57,682 nucleotides of DNA from Girardia tigrina (taxonomy: Eukaryota): contig MQRK01246496.1 in NCBI GenBank assembly GCA_001938485.1, forward strand, positions 1 through 57,682, read 5' to 3'. This document shows positions 13,861-26,319 of the stretch, in pieces. The notes beneath the pieces were generated by a model that saw nothing but the letters and a program-made list of their open reading frames with translations, did no database searches and was not told where the DNA came from. Made by a program: the position numbers and the translations under genes. Position 1 is the stretch's first letter, and every line of letters starts with the position of its first letter.

Positions 13861-14503
13861 AAAACAATTTTAAAATTACTCAGTTATAGATAAAATAAAA
13901 TGATAAATAAATAATAGTTTAAAACACTTTACTTAATATTTTTAATGACATTTAATAAAAACCTATTTTTTTAGAGAGATATTATTAACCTTCGAAATTA
14001 TTCCTTTATCCAGATGTTATGTTAGAGGTTATCGATGTTTCCGTTTTGTTCTTGTGTCTGTCAGGATTATAGCAAATGGATAATTATTTGCAATAATGTT
14101 TCCAGTTTCCTTCAAACAAATGATTCTGATACATCCTACCAGAAAAATAAGTCAGAATTAGTTGAGGTAATGCATTTTTGAAAATTATTTGGCAATTTAT
14201 TCTAATTTATATTAATCTATTTATTATAATATTTTTAGAATTTAGTGATTTTGTAAAATAAATTCCTACGTGGATTTCCATAAAATTTTACCATAAAATT
14301 TATTAAATCCGTGAAATAATTAATATTTAGTTTGTTTAATCAATTTAAGTAAATTAGGAACTTTTTTTATAAAAACATAATTTTTATTATAAAATTTCTG
14401 TAAATATCAATAATTAAATAATTAATGTCCAAAGAAGTCTCTCTTCCACTTTGTTCAAAATAGTTGATTAGTTGTTACATCTATCTCCGAAATTCTTTGA
14501 AAA

Positions 14504-16512
14504 GAGTGTCGGAAAATTTGTCCCGCACAATTTGTCTCCAGGAAAATTCGTACCCCACAATTCGTCCTAGTTATGATAAATGTTTTATTAATAATGAAAA
14601 AGACTAATCTGATAAATTTATTGATCAAAATGCATGTAAAATTCATGGGTACTGATTAGTAGGATCTTTGGATTCTTCAGAAATTTTTTTTACAAGTATT
14701 CGAATTATAGGGAGAAATATACACTGTAAATGTTAAATCATTTTTACATTAATATTATGCATTACAAATAATAAATAAAATTTAAAAAAATAAATGCTAA
14801 AAATAAAATCAAAACTAGACAAAAACTATTTTATAGAATTTATTGATCCAAATTACATTTTTAGGTTCTTTTAAATTAGAAGTTTAAATTAAAAGCATTA
14901 CCTCGCAGATACTCAATATTATTACGCCTATCATGATCACAAACAATTGAGTGAATTCTTTTTCAATTTTTTTATATTTATTATTTCTTGTAGTGATATG
15001 TATCCTTAAATTTAGCTGAGAGCGATCATATTGATTTAAACTTTGTTGATTTTTAAAATCTATATATATTTGGATAAACTTTATCACACATCTGTGGAAC
15101 TCCACGATGCCAACCTTCAATATAATTACTTGTACGAGGATCTTCATATATTGTTCGCTGGTATTAATTCCACATCTCTATTTCGAAAATAGGTGATTTA
15201 TGACTACTGCGCACCTTTTTTGCAATATGTCTTCAAAATATGAATCTATTTGAAGTACTGAAATAGGGAATTCGTCAAATTTCTTCAATAACATCTGGAA
15301 GTCATTTAAGATACGGAATCATTCTGATACATATTGAACAAATAGGATTAATTGATAATGTTACTTTAGACCTTTTGATTGAACACGTTTATAGACATTC
15401 TGGTGTAGGTGAAAATAGCAGCTAGTAATTAAAACATTTGAAAATTTGATACATTAATGTCTGCCATTTCAAAGTCCATCATTATTGTTTCTGGATCAAT
15501 GTCAGATTGCAAAAATTTAATTTATTGAAACATTTTTTATGTTTTAGCAGTTTTATCGAAAAGTAAAGCATAAATAATGGGTAAGACTGCTCCCATTATT
15601 TATACATGAATAGTATAAAGCTGACCAAACAGTTGAGGTATACTTGAAAAAGTAATATTGCAAACTATTTTTATAATATGATAGCAACTGCAAGGTTTCT
15701 CTTGTATCAAAAAATAATATTCTTTTTGGTAATATTTTCTGTTCAGAATCAAAAACCAAAAACATTTCTGGCATGACATAAATTATTATTTAACTGTATT
15801 CACGTGAAATAATAAGATTACCGAGACTCGTTGGAAGATTAGGTGTTTTGTACGTTGATTTCGAATAGTTCGTTTAATAGAATCTTTATACAGAAGAAGC
15901 ATCTACATTTTTATGCAAAACCACGCAATATGAAGCTAAAATTCGTTGAGAGGACTCAATTGTTGATTGAGCGCGTTGACGAATCATATCAATGATCTGT
16001 AAAGTTTCTGGTCTAACAGTTGATGCAGAATTAGAATGAGAGTAACTATTTCTCTAATATTTGTGGACTTATATTCAGTCCAAACACGTCCATTTCAAAC
16101 CAAATGACGTTCACACACCCATATATTGTGTATACAATCAACGCTTGACTTTGAAAATGTATATACATAATTTTCATCATCAATCTGTTTCTTTTTTTTA
16201 ATAATTTTTTGCTTAATAAAAAACGTAGCATGATTAGTTTTTTGTTAATTTGTAATTTAAACAGTAAACAATATTTAAAAAAATATATAAAAATCTAGTT
16301 TTAATTTTTTTTATTTTTTAATTTAAATTTTAAAAAGAAAATAACAAATAATCACAAATACAAATACATTTTGTCCTGGTTTTGTCACTATCTTATCATG
16401 CTTTCGTATTGACAAATTTGAAATTATTTTTTTGTAATTTTTTGAAAATAATTACATTTTTTGTTAATTTTGACGGGCACGAATTTGCACTGGGACAAAT
16501 TATCTGGATCCC
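14504..16512 (-). mobile_element. Mutator-like element (MULE), decayed
   Basis: 9-bp TSD ctttgaaaa at 14495-14503 and 16513-16521; imperfect TIR g..aatttgtccc; DFEMA and CYFHLHQNVYKRVQ motifs on minus strand. Confidence 0.85.
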
Positions 16513-17475
16513 CTTTGAAAATGCATTTGATGACCATATTAGGGGAAATGTGAAAAGCCATAAGGTTTATATGTTGAAAAATGAATCTCTACTTCATTGC
16601 TGTAATACTGTAAAAAATTTCCTTTCATTGCCATTTCTTTCTTGTCGAGTCTAAAAACAAGTTGACTGTTCTACGTATCTATTCACTGGAATTGTATTGA
16701 AACTTTTTATTTCATTTATTCGCTGTTGCCTAACATAAAAAATAAAGAAATAAAAAATTTCCATGAAAATAAACCATGTATGTAGAGCATGATGATGAAT
16801 TATATTTTTAAATAATCTAAAAATGATTTTAATTAAAAACAAAAATACGATTTTTTACATATTATATTTTAATGTTCTATTAATAATATATTTTATTTAT
16901 CTTTTATAATTGTTGTTATTTCTTAAAGAATACTGAACTAATTTTAAGAATTCGATTTTTTTTCGTAGAAATTAATTGGTTTAGGTTACTAATTTAATAA
17001 TGAGTTCAACTTTTTGTCAGTGGATAAGTTTATCATTATAAACAATTTTGATTGACTGATTTTATATACGAAACAATTGCAGTAAATATAATTAACTTTT
17101 CCGATTTAATCTCATGCCTGTGTTACAATCTTCTTCTTTTGGACGACAAATTCATTATGGGTAATGTCAGATAGCGTTAGCTCGATCTGTTTACTATTCA
17201 TTGTTGGGTGATGATAAGAGCACGTTTCTCTTTCTATACTATTTGTATGATGTTTTTTTACATTATTGTTATTATATGTTTTATTTTACAACTATCATTA
17301 TAATATATAAAGCGTCAGATGGGAAATAAACTTTATCATTTCAATGTACTGATAGTATGAAAGCCTTATAAGTCTTTCATTTTAGATGACTTTCTCAATA
17401 AACTCATAATACAACAGAAAAAAAGTCAAATATGCTTCTGACCGAAGACCTTTGGTATGGTAGGGTATATATATA

Positions 17476-20400
17476 CAGTGAAACCACCCCATAAGGTATA
17501 CCCTATTTGTCAAGAAAATTTTTCGAAAATGTACCTTATGAGGTGGGGTACCTTATATAGAATGTAACATAAAATTTTTGATGCAAATTTTTTAGAAATA
17601 AAAAGCAATATTAAATAAAATTATAGATCAAAAATATTATATTTACTAATTATTAAATTTTACAAGAAAATCCCTTGATATTTTTTGGAATATAAATAGA
17701 TTTCACCAAATGATAGCAATATAATTTTTTTTTATATGTTAAGAGAAAAGATGTAAAATTTTAAAATAAAATGGAACAATTAAAGCATAAATCAACATTT
17801 ATTTTTTTATAAAAAAATCTGTAATTGATTTTTTTTCTTTTGTTGAGAAATAACATCCTGTTTCATTTTTAACAAATTTAATTTCTTAAAATGTATGTTT
17901 TTCTTTTGCATAAGTTATTAATTTCGTCAAAAAATTTATTGCATCTTCATTGGATATTAGAATTCCATTGATATTATTATTTATTTCCACATTCTCGGGT
18001 TCCATCACATCATCTTCTTCAATAGGATAATCACCATAAAACTCTTCAATTATAGCGTTGCGTAAATCTTCAACTGCCGGCATTTCAAATTCTGGTATAA
18101 TTTCTTTGAATATCAAATTTTTACCCTGTATCCCAATATTTTCTGCTATCTCAGCAAGTTTGATTTGATTTTCTATTTCATATTTAATCATATTTTTCAT
18201 ATAAATCATATTTAGCGATATCAGTATTTTTTGAAAATACACAATTTTTAAAGCACTTCTGTATAGTTTTAGGCTTTATATCGTTCCAAGCACTAGACAA
18301 AAATTTAATCGCATCAAAAATATTCATTTTCTTAGCGAGTTCAGATACATGCACTTTATCTTGATTTTTTTCTAATAAAGTTAAAATCTGATACTTTCTG
18401 TAATATGCCTTTAAACTCCTTATGATCCCAGCATCGAGTGGTTGTAACACACTGGTTAAATTAGGTGGGAAAAATTTTAGCTTAATATTAGGTTGGTCGA
18501 AAAATAATGGCGGTTTTTGAGCTTTATACTTTGTTTATCTACTTTGATATGTATATAAGTTTAAATGCATTAGTGTTAGATATTATTTGAAATCTTATNN
18601 NNNNNNNNNNNNNNNNNNNNNNNNNNNNNNNNNNNNNNNNNNNNNNNNNNNNNNNNNNNNNNNNNNNNAATTAATAATGGAAAAAATTAAAATTCGAGCA
18701 ATTTTCTTGTACGAATTTAAACTGGGTCGTAAAGCAGCAGAAACGGCTCGCAATGTCAATAAAGCGTTTGGCAAGGGAACAGCTTCTACGCGCACAGTGC
18801 AACAATGGTTCCGAAAATTTTCTGATGGAGATGAAAACCTTGAAGATGAAGAAGGTCGTGGTCGTCCAGTTACTGTGAACAACGACAATTTGAGGACAAT
18901 GGTGGAAACAGATCCCTGTACAACAATCAGAGAACTTGCAGATGGGTTGGGCATTAGTCATTCAACAGTCCTGGATCATTTAAAACAACTTGGAAAAATC
19001 AAGAAACTTGATAAATGGGTTCCACATGATTTAAATGAAAATCAAAAGAACTGACGCTATCAAATTTGTTCTGCCAATCATCTTCGCAATAAAAACGATC
19101 CATTTCTTGATCGTATTGTTACCTGTGATGAAAAATTGATCCTGTATGATAACCGACGTCGATCTGCACAGTGGTTGGACAAAGATGAAGTACCGAAACA
19201 CTTTCCAAAACCGAAACTAACACCCCGTAAGGTTATAGTAACAGTTTGGTGGTGTGATGCTGGAATCATCCACTATAGTTTCTTGAATCCGGGTGAAACA
19301 ATCACAGCGGAGAGGTACTGTCATGAAATTGATGAAATGCATAAAAAAATGAAAACGCTTTTTCCGGGATTGGTCAATCGAAAAAGTCTCATCCTTCTTC
19401 ATGATAACGCTAGACCTCATATTTAAAAAGTGACTCTTCAAAAGCTTAATGAGTTGGGCTATGAAACCCTGCTTCATCCACCATATTCACAAGACCTCTC
19501 GCCAACGGACTTCTACTTTTTCAGACATTTGTTCAACTTCCTACGTGAAAACATTTTCAAAAACCCAAACGATGCTCAAAATGCCTTCCAAGAATTCGTC
19601 GCTTCGAGAACCGATGCATTTTATGCTGATGTAATAAAACAAATTGTTTCTTGTTGGCAAAAATGTATTGATGCCAACGGTTCATACTTTGATTAATAAA
19701 CTTTTGTTTCTGTGAATTTGCACGTCTTTGAAGTTTGTGTCCCAAAACCGCCTTTTTCAGGATCAATTAAATGCACTGGTGTATTATCCAGAAATAAAAG
19801 TATTTTTCTATTTATTTTCTTAAAATAGTCGTCAATTCTCTAAGATACGAATTAAATAAGATTGTAGTTTTCCAGGCTTTTGAACTTGACCAATATTTAA
19901 CGTTTAGCTTAGACAAATCAATATTTCTTAGACATCTAAGTAATTTTGATTTCCCTATTATATTTGGAGGGAGTTTTTCGCCCAATACGGAACACGTTAA
20001 AACAATTGTTAATCAGTCTTTAGCATGTTTTCCAACTTTACAAATATCTCTAAATCTAGACAATGTCGTATCCGGTAAGAATCTGAACATATATCCACTT
20101 TCATCCATATTGAATATGTCGGCAAAATCACAATCTTCATAAAACAACATTAAATTTGATTTCCATTCTATAGCAGTTTTAATATCAGCTGCACCAGATT
20201 CCCCGCATTTTTTAACTTATAATATCATTCCTAGATTTCCACTTTTGAAGCTACCCTTCAGATGCCATAAATGTCTCGTCTTCAATACCATTTTTTGCTA
20301 TTTTTAGCGCCTCTTCTTGTAAAATAGGACCACTTATTGGATAACCCAATGATCTAGCATTGGAAAACCATCTCCATAAAATAATGTTCACGTCGCTTTG

Positions 20401-20911
20401 TTTAATTATTCTTGTTATTTTTAGCGACCTTCGCGACTCTAATTCTGACATTATTATTTCTTTCTTTTCCAATGCTTTTTGAACTGTGCCTTTCGACAGC
20501 GAATTCCTTTGCAGTAAACCTTATACTGTTTCCTTTCCCGACAAATTGTATGATTTTTTTCTTTGTTTTCAAATCTATCTTTTTTCTTTCAATCTTTTTC
20601 GAGGAATTGCTCATTTTTATGGATGTTAAAAAGGCCAATCTTCCGTGTGACCCCCGGATATTTTTAAAATTAAAAAAATGCTTTTAAATAAATATTATTT
20701 AAACAAATGATTTTTAATAACGATTTAAAATGATTTTTAAAATAAAAAATAAGAGTTATAATAACAAAATTTTGCTGATTTTCTTATTAAAACTGTACCT
20801 TATAGTGGTGTACCCAACGTAGAGAGAATTCTAAGTCATTTTATGCAGGGAAATACAAAAAAATTTCCGTACCTTATATGGAGCTTTATCTTATATGGGG
20901 TGGTTTCACTG
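17476..20911 (-). mobile_element. pogo/Tigger DNA transposon
   Basis: TIRs cagtgaaaccacccca with TA flanks; CENP-B-type HTH (WFSNARSLGYPISGPIL, FMASEG), NMDESG, LFLDN, FPPN..LQPLDAGII. Confidence 0.92.
18488..19770 (+). mobile_element. Mariner nested in the pogo element; near-intact transposase with two premature stops
   Basis: 5' TIR ttaggttggtc after TA; ORF pieces contain WVPHDL, TCDEK, HDNARPH, HPPYSQDLSPTD; 3' TIR eroded. Confidence 0.93.
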
Positions 20912-21585
20912 TATCTACTAAACTAGTCGATAATCTACTCAAATGATTCATTTGCAACCAATGTTATTCTTTCTTATTTCGTATCAAGTGTTAAACAAGT
21001 AAAACATTAACATGTTTTACTTTTCTGACACGCTTCACATTGTCCGATTACTTCTTTTATCATTTCATTTCGGTTTTACCATTTCATAATTTTCTGCGAT
21101 GTACTTTTTTCCTTTCTCTGTACCTGTGGAAGAAAAAATTTTATGTATTCCTGTGATAATCTGTTTTATTTTCTATCAAGGTATTCAAATTTTCTCTGCG
21201 TCCGTCTTTTCTATATCTTCTTAGATCATACGTTTCTTATATTAACCCAACTCTGATTTTCTTTTAATTTTCTCTCTGATTTTCTGCTGATAGTTTAAGA
21301 TTCCTGGTGTGTCTACTATAATTTTCCACCTAGTTTCTTTTGTGTTTTAGCCCTTTCATGAGCCACCAAGCAATTGAGTACATGTGTTGCATGTATTCTG
21401 CAACAACATATGTATGTTCGAATGCTTTGTTCTTTTTTGGTAATCTAGATACACACCTAGACATGTTAAATAATTTATCCGTACTTGAAACTGAAATGTT
21501 ATGGTTTTCTTTGTTTTCAACATTAATTCAATAGCCTTGTCATCTGTTCTCAATGTGAATCTCTTACGGTATATGTAATAATTAA

Positions 21586-21816
21586 CCACTTCTTTTTTTG
21601 AACGAGTGCGGCTCGCTCGCTTTGTACTTATCGCATAACACTAGACCAAACACTGCTCGATTTGTTGGTATATATATGATCTATAAAGACACAAGGTGAA
21701 CTTGTCTTTTTTGACCTTGAATTGATTTGTTTTAAAAGCATTAATAAATATTATTTAATTAACTTTGTTTTTAAACTTAATGCTATTTTTGTAGAAATAA
21801 TCAGAGCATTAAGTGG
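21586..21816. mobile_element. TTAA-specific (piggyBac-type) MITE in Gypsy RNaseH
   Basis: TTAA-ccactt ... aagtgg-TTAA; removal restores QHFNYYIYRKRFTLRTD. Confidence 0.8.
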
Positions 21817-22266
21817 TTAAAATGTTGACAAAAGTAATACATTGCCAACAACTCTTTTCCAGTTATGCCATGTCATTTTTCGTGATTATTCATGGTGCGG
21901 TAACTCTCTCGGGATTGTTCTCTTCTGTTTGTGATAGTACTGTGCCTAGTGTCAAAACTGGCATCCATATTCAAAATAAAGTCTCTCTCGAAGTCTGTTA
22001 ATCCAAGGATTGGTGATGTAGTTAAAGCTTCTTTCATCTCTGTAAACGCTTTATCACATGCCTCTTTCTATAGTAACTATTTTGTTTAAACCACATAGTC
22101 GTTCCAGTGTCATGTTCTTCGTTACACAGTCTTTAATAAATCTTCGATAATAGTTATAAATTCCAAGGAAACTTCTTAAATGTTTGACATATTTTTGTTA
22201 TTCAAATGATTTTAACGACTTTAATTTGGTTGGATTTGTTTGAATACCTTTTTCGTTGATTATATG

Positions 22267-23342
22267 TGTAAAAATAGGGATTTGGATGTGTCGACAAATC
22301 CCTATTTTTACTACACAATAAAAATTATATCCAAAAAAACAAAACAAACGGTATAAAAAAAAGTTAAACGATAAAACGCTTTTAATAAAAAAAAATAAAT
22401 CACGCACATTATCATAAATTATCATTATTTTTAATAGTCATAAATTATCTAACTCCCGGTAAATTATTATAATTATCTTGTATCGATTTACTTTATTAAT
22501 TTTTAGATTCGATGATAATTTCATATTATTATTTTATCATTGTGACATTCGTGCTCCCTCGACTGATTCTTGCTAAATTTCAATGTTACGGACGCTACAA
22601 TGAGATTAAAAAAGATTGTGAAAGTTGTAAAATAATTAATATGAAAATGACAGAAAACGATACCACGTATAAGGTATATCAAAATACGACATGCGAGGTT
22701 GAAATCTTGAGAGCTTATAACAATAAACTGGAGTATCAGGAATACTGTTGCACATCGGAATTCTGTAATTCGAGTATCAATTCCGGTTATTGTCATATAA
22801 CGATAACAGCATCGAATTTTTTCTTGACTATTCCTTTTCAACAGATTTATTTTCACTTAGTTATTTATTTATTTTTTTAAAGTTATTTTCACTTTGATTA
22901 TTTTCTCCATGAAGAATATTTTACCACTCATAGTAAAACTCGGCAGCAGATTATAAAATTAAATTATATCATTAGACGACGATCGAAAAGCATTTGTCTT
23001 AAAAAAAAATAAATACATGAGAACTAAAAAACACTAATCAGCACACACATACACAAACTAAACCAACAATCACAACTCATCCTGACACACAAACACACAC
23101 AATAAAGGCTCTATACACACACAATAAAGGCTCTATACACACACAAAACCCCCATCGACTCAGGCTCTGTACATAAACCCAAAAGAAAGACAGTATCAAA
23201 CGCATTCCTATCACCCGGAATTGAGATATCGCATTAGTTCCCAACTGTACACAAAAAAACAAAAATCAAGTACTCATATACACAAACAAAAATGTACATT
23301 GATATGTGACACTGTGGTGTCTGAAGTAGTGGGTGCACTACA
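22267..23342. mobile_element. 1,076-bp TGTA...TACA insertion (solo-LTR-like) with 5-bp TSD, carrying a cargo ORF
   Basis: ATATG at 22262-22266 and 23343-23347; removal restores the Gypsy RT frame KCLDHIINEKGIQTNPTK. Confidence 0.85.
22512..22880 (+). CDS. Ly6/uPAR (three-finger)-like protein, signal peptide plus GPI-type tail, 122 aa, intronless
   Basis: Hydrophobic N-terminus to ~A21, QCY start, CESC, CCTSEFCN (CCx4CN hallmark), small-residue NSS/SG site then hydrophobic C-terminus; three N-glycosylation sequons; only 7 Cys in the core. Confidence 0.75.
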   Translation: MIISYYYFIIVTFVLPRLILAKFQCYGRYNEIKKDCESCKIINMKMTENDTTYKVYQNTTCEVEILRAYNNKLEYQEYCCTSEFCNSSINSGYCHITITASNFFLTIPFQQIYFHLVIYLFF

Positions 23343-23880
23343 ATATGGTCCAAACATTTAACTTTTGTTTTTAGGATGTTACATTTTTTTGGGTTGATTC
23401 TTAAACCTATCTTTTCATTTCGGTTTATTACTTTATCCAAAATCTCATAATGTTGTTTCAATGACTTTGAAAAGATAAGTATATCATTTAAGAATACTAC
23501 CATTCGTTGTGTTTCTGAGCACTTTTGTCATGAGTTTCTGGAAAGTTCCCACTGCTACTGTAATACCAAAGGGCATTAGCATTCTGTTCTTTTAAAACAG
23601 AATTTTCCTAATTTTTTGAATAAACAGTCTTTCGTGAAATGTTGTATCTTCACTTTTACATTTATTGGCTCTGAATCTTCATGTGCGTAATATCTTTCAA
23701 CTTCCAATCACCTATGGATATGATTTTAATTTCTTCCTCTATCTCTATCTCCAATGAGTTCTACTAAACTTTCTCTGATCTCGTCTCAATACTCTTCTTT
23801 CTTTAGAAATTTTCATACTTTATCATTCACACATCAATTTCTTTAACCTTTTTGAATCTTTTTTATTAGTAGAATTGTTA

Positions 23881-25085
23881 TTAGGGGTACCCAAATGTTA
23901 TGTCGTTTTTTTTGATATATTTTTCTAAATCGTTTAACTGCCGCCTACATTATTTTGACTTTACCATTTTTATTTATTAATTTCAGTTAGTGTATTAACT
24001 TTGATTTGTGCCTATTTTTAGATAAAATGTCATATGATTTTATTGATGAAATNNNNNNNNNNNNNNNNNNNNNNNNNNNNNNNNNNNNNNNNNNNNNNNN
24101 NNNNNNNNNNNNNNNNNNNNNNNNNNNNNNNNNNNNNNNNNNNNNNNNNNNNNNNNNNNNNNNNNNNNNNNNNNNNNNNNNNNNNNNNNNNNNNNNNNNN
24201 NNNNNNNNNNNNNNNNNNNNNNNNNNNNNNNNNNNNNNNNNNNNNNNNNNNNNNNNNNNNNNNNNNNNNNNNNNNNNNNNNNNNNNNNNNNNNNNNNNNN
24301 NNNNNNNNNNNNNNNNNNNNNNNNNNNNNNNNNNNNNNNNNNNNNNNNNNNNNNNNNNNNNNNNNNNNNNNNNNNNNNNNNNNNNNNNNNNNNNNNNNNN
24401 NNNNNNNNNNNNNNNNNNNNNNNNNNNNNNNNNNNNNNNNNNNNNNNNNNNNNNNNNNNNNNNNNNNNNNNNNNNNNNNNNNNNNNNNNNNNNNNNNNNN
24501 NNNNNNNNNNNNNNNNNNNNNNNNNNNNNNNNNNNNNNNNNNNNNNNNNNNNNNNNNNNNNNNNNNNNNNNNNNNNNNNNNNNNNNNNNNNNNNNNNNNN
24601 NNNNNNNNNNNNNNNNNNNNNNNNNNNNNNNNNNNNNNNNNNNNNNNNNNNNNNNNNNNNNNNNNNNNNNNNNNNNNNNNNNNNNNNNNNNNNNNNNNNN
24701 NNNNNNNNNNNNNNNNNNNNNNNNNNNNNNNNNNNNNNNNNNNNNNNNNGCAAAAATTGAAAGAATTGGGATGGGAAGTTCTACCTCATCCGGCATACTC
24801 TCCTGACTTGGCCCCTTCGGATTACCATCTCTTTAGATCTTTGCAACATTATCTTCAGGGTAAAAAATACCTATCAATGGATGATTTCCAAAATGGACTG
24901 GTGAAGTTTTTCGAATCCAAGGACGAATCCTTTTTTTCTAATGGCATAGAAAAACTTATATCACGTTGGGAAAAGGTCATCGATTGCGATGGGGACTATT
25001 TTTCTGATTAAATAAATGTTTTATATGGTTTTATTTTTGTTTCTAAAAATCAATAAAAAACGACATAACATTTTGGTACCCCTAA
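23881..25085 (+). mobile_element. Mariner (interior is an N-gap)
   Basis: TIRs ttaggggtacc(c/a)aaatgttatgtcgtttttt with TA flanks; PHPAYSPDLAPSDYHLFRSL. Confidence 0.93.
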
Positions 25086-26319
25086 TATTTTGGAAAAATA
25101 AAAAAAATTGTAGTAAAAAATAAGCGACAGGTTAATGATTAAATTTTTTAAAATTACATTACCTTTTATACAAAAAATATCAAATATATGTATATCAAAA
25201 AGAATACTTAGCATATTAAAAGGAATATTGTGTAGATTTAAAAAAAGGATGTTGTATTAAGTTTTTTTGTAAGAATCAAAGCAAGCAGAAATAATTTTGA
25301 AATAAAAAAATTTGCTGAAGCAAAAATTTTAATGTTTTCGGCAATGTAATTTTTAAACAATAATTTTCAGCGCAATAAACTTTGGCAAAATTATTTTCGA
25401 CATAGTAACAGGGTACCCATTACTTCTTCCTTTATAAAAGTATTTAAAAATCGAATAATATTCTAAAAAACAAGAATTTTTTAAGTCTTATTGAGAAATT
25501 ATTTTGAAAAAAGAAACCAAGAAAGATAAACCAAACATTTGGTCATATTATTTTTATATATAGACTCACAAATGAGTTTTCACTTATTTTAAAGTAAGGT
25601 ATTACAAAATGCTTCTTTTCGCATATATACAGTAAAATATCAAATCGTCAGTGATCTAATGAAGATGGTAAACCGCTTGTCTTTAAATATATATTATAAA
25701 AAAATTATTTATTATCTTGTGTGTACAAGTAGTCCTTGAGATTAATTAAATATTAATTATAATTGAATCTCAGACATCAACACAGATCCAGTTTCAAAAA
25801 CCTGATAAAAGCGACTCAAATTCAACTGTTCCTGACGTAACAACAGTCTTACTGCCTCACACATCGACAAATATAGACATATCTTACTCGGGTTCATATT
25901 TGACAACCTTGTCTCCATTCAGCAGCAATTACTGTTCAAAAAATTGCGAAGGTAAATAAAAATCTTTAATTAATAAGCTTTCTGTCTGCTTCCAATTTAT
26001 ATCAGTCTAAATAAAGGACTCTAAAAATAATTTAATTTATTAACAATTGTATAAGTAAACACTTTTTTTGTTTTTTTTAATGTTTTTTGAGGAAAAGATA
26101 TGCTTGATTTATTAATTAACTAATTAATTATTTAATTAAAGACAAAGATGGATATATATATTTTATATTTTATACTATGTATATAGAAAGTGCAATTAAG
26201 AAAACGCTCTATAAACTTAACATAATATAAAACTTGAGTCATAACCCCCAAAGAATAACAAGACAAAAATATTATATCGTATAATTTATTTGTATTAATA
26301 TAGAAGGAAATCTTTTAAA

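Larger units (their letters stand above)
17020..23860 (-). mobile_element. Ty3/Gypsy pol remnant A (RT-RNaseH-integrase), broken by nested insertions
   Basis: RT MPFG..FQKLM..FLNDILIFS (23234-23580), KGIQTNP (22250), RNaseH DASF..KELLA..FTLRTD (21540-21990), integrase pieces on both sides of the pogo element; outer boundaries approximate. Confidence 0.8.

Noticed and set aside
22521-22856. 111-aa antisense ORF overlapping the Ly6-like gene
   Set aside because: No recognisable motif; most simply a shadow of the sense ORF. Revisit if conserved across copies.
23987-24806. Long ORFs composed of X residues (also 30686-31747 and 7986-8210)
   Set aside because: Artefacts of N-gaps and TA microsatellites.
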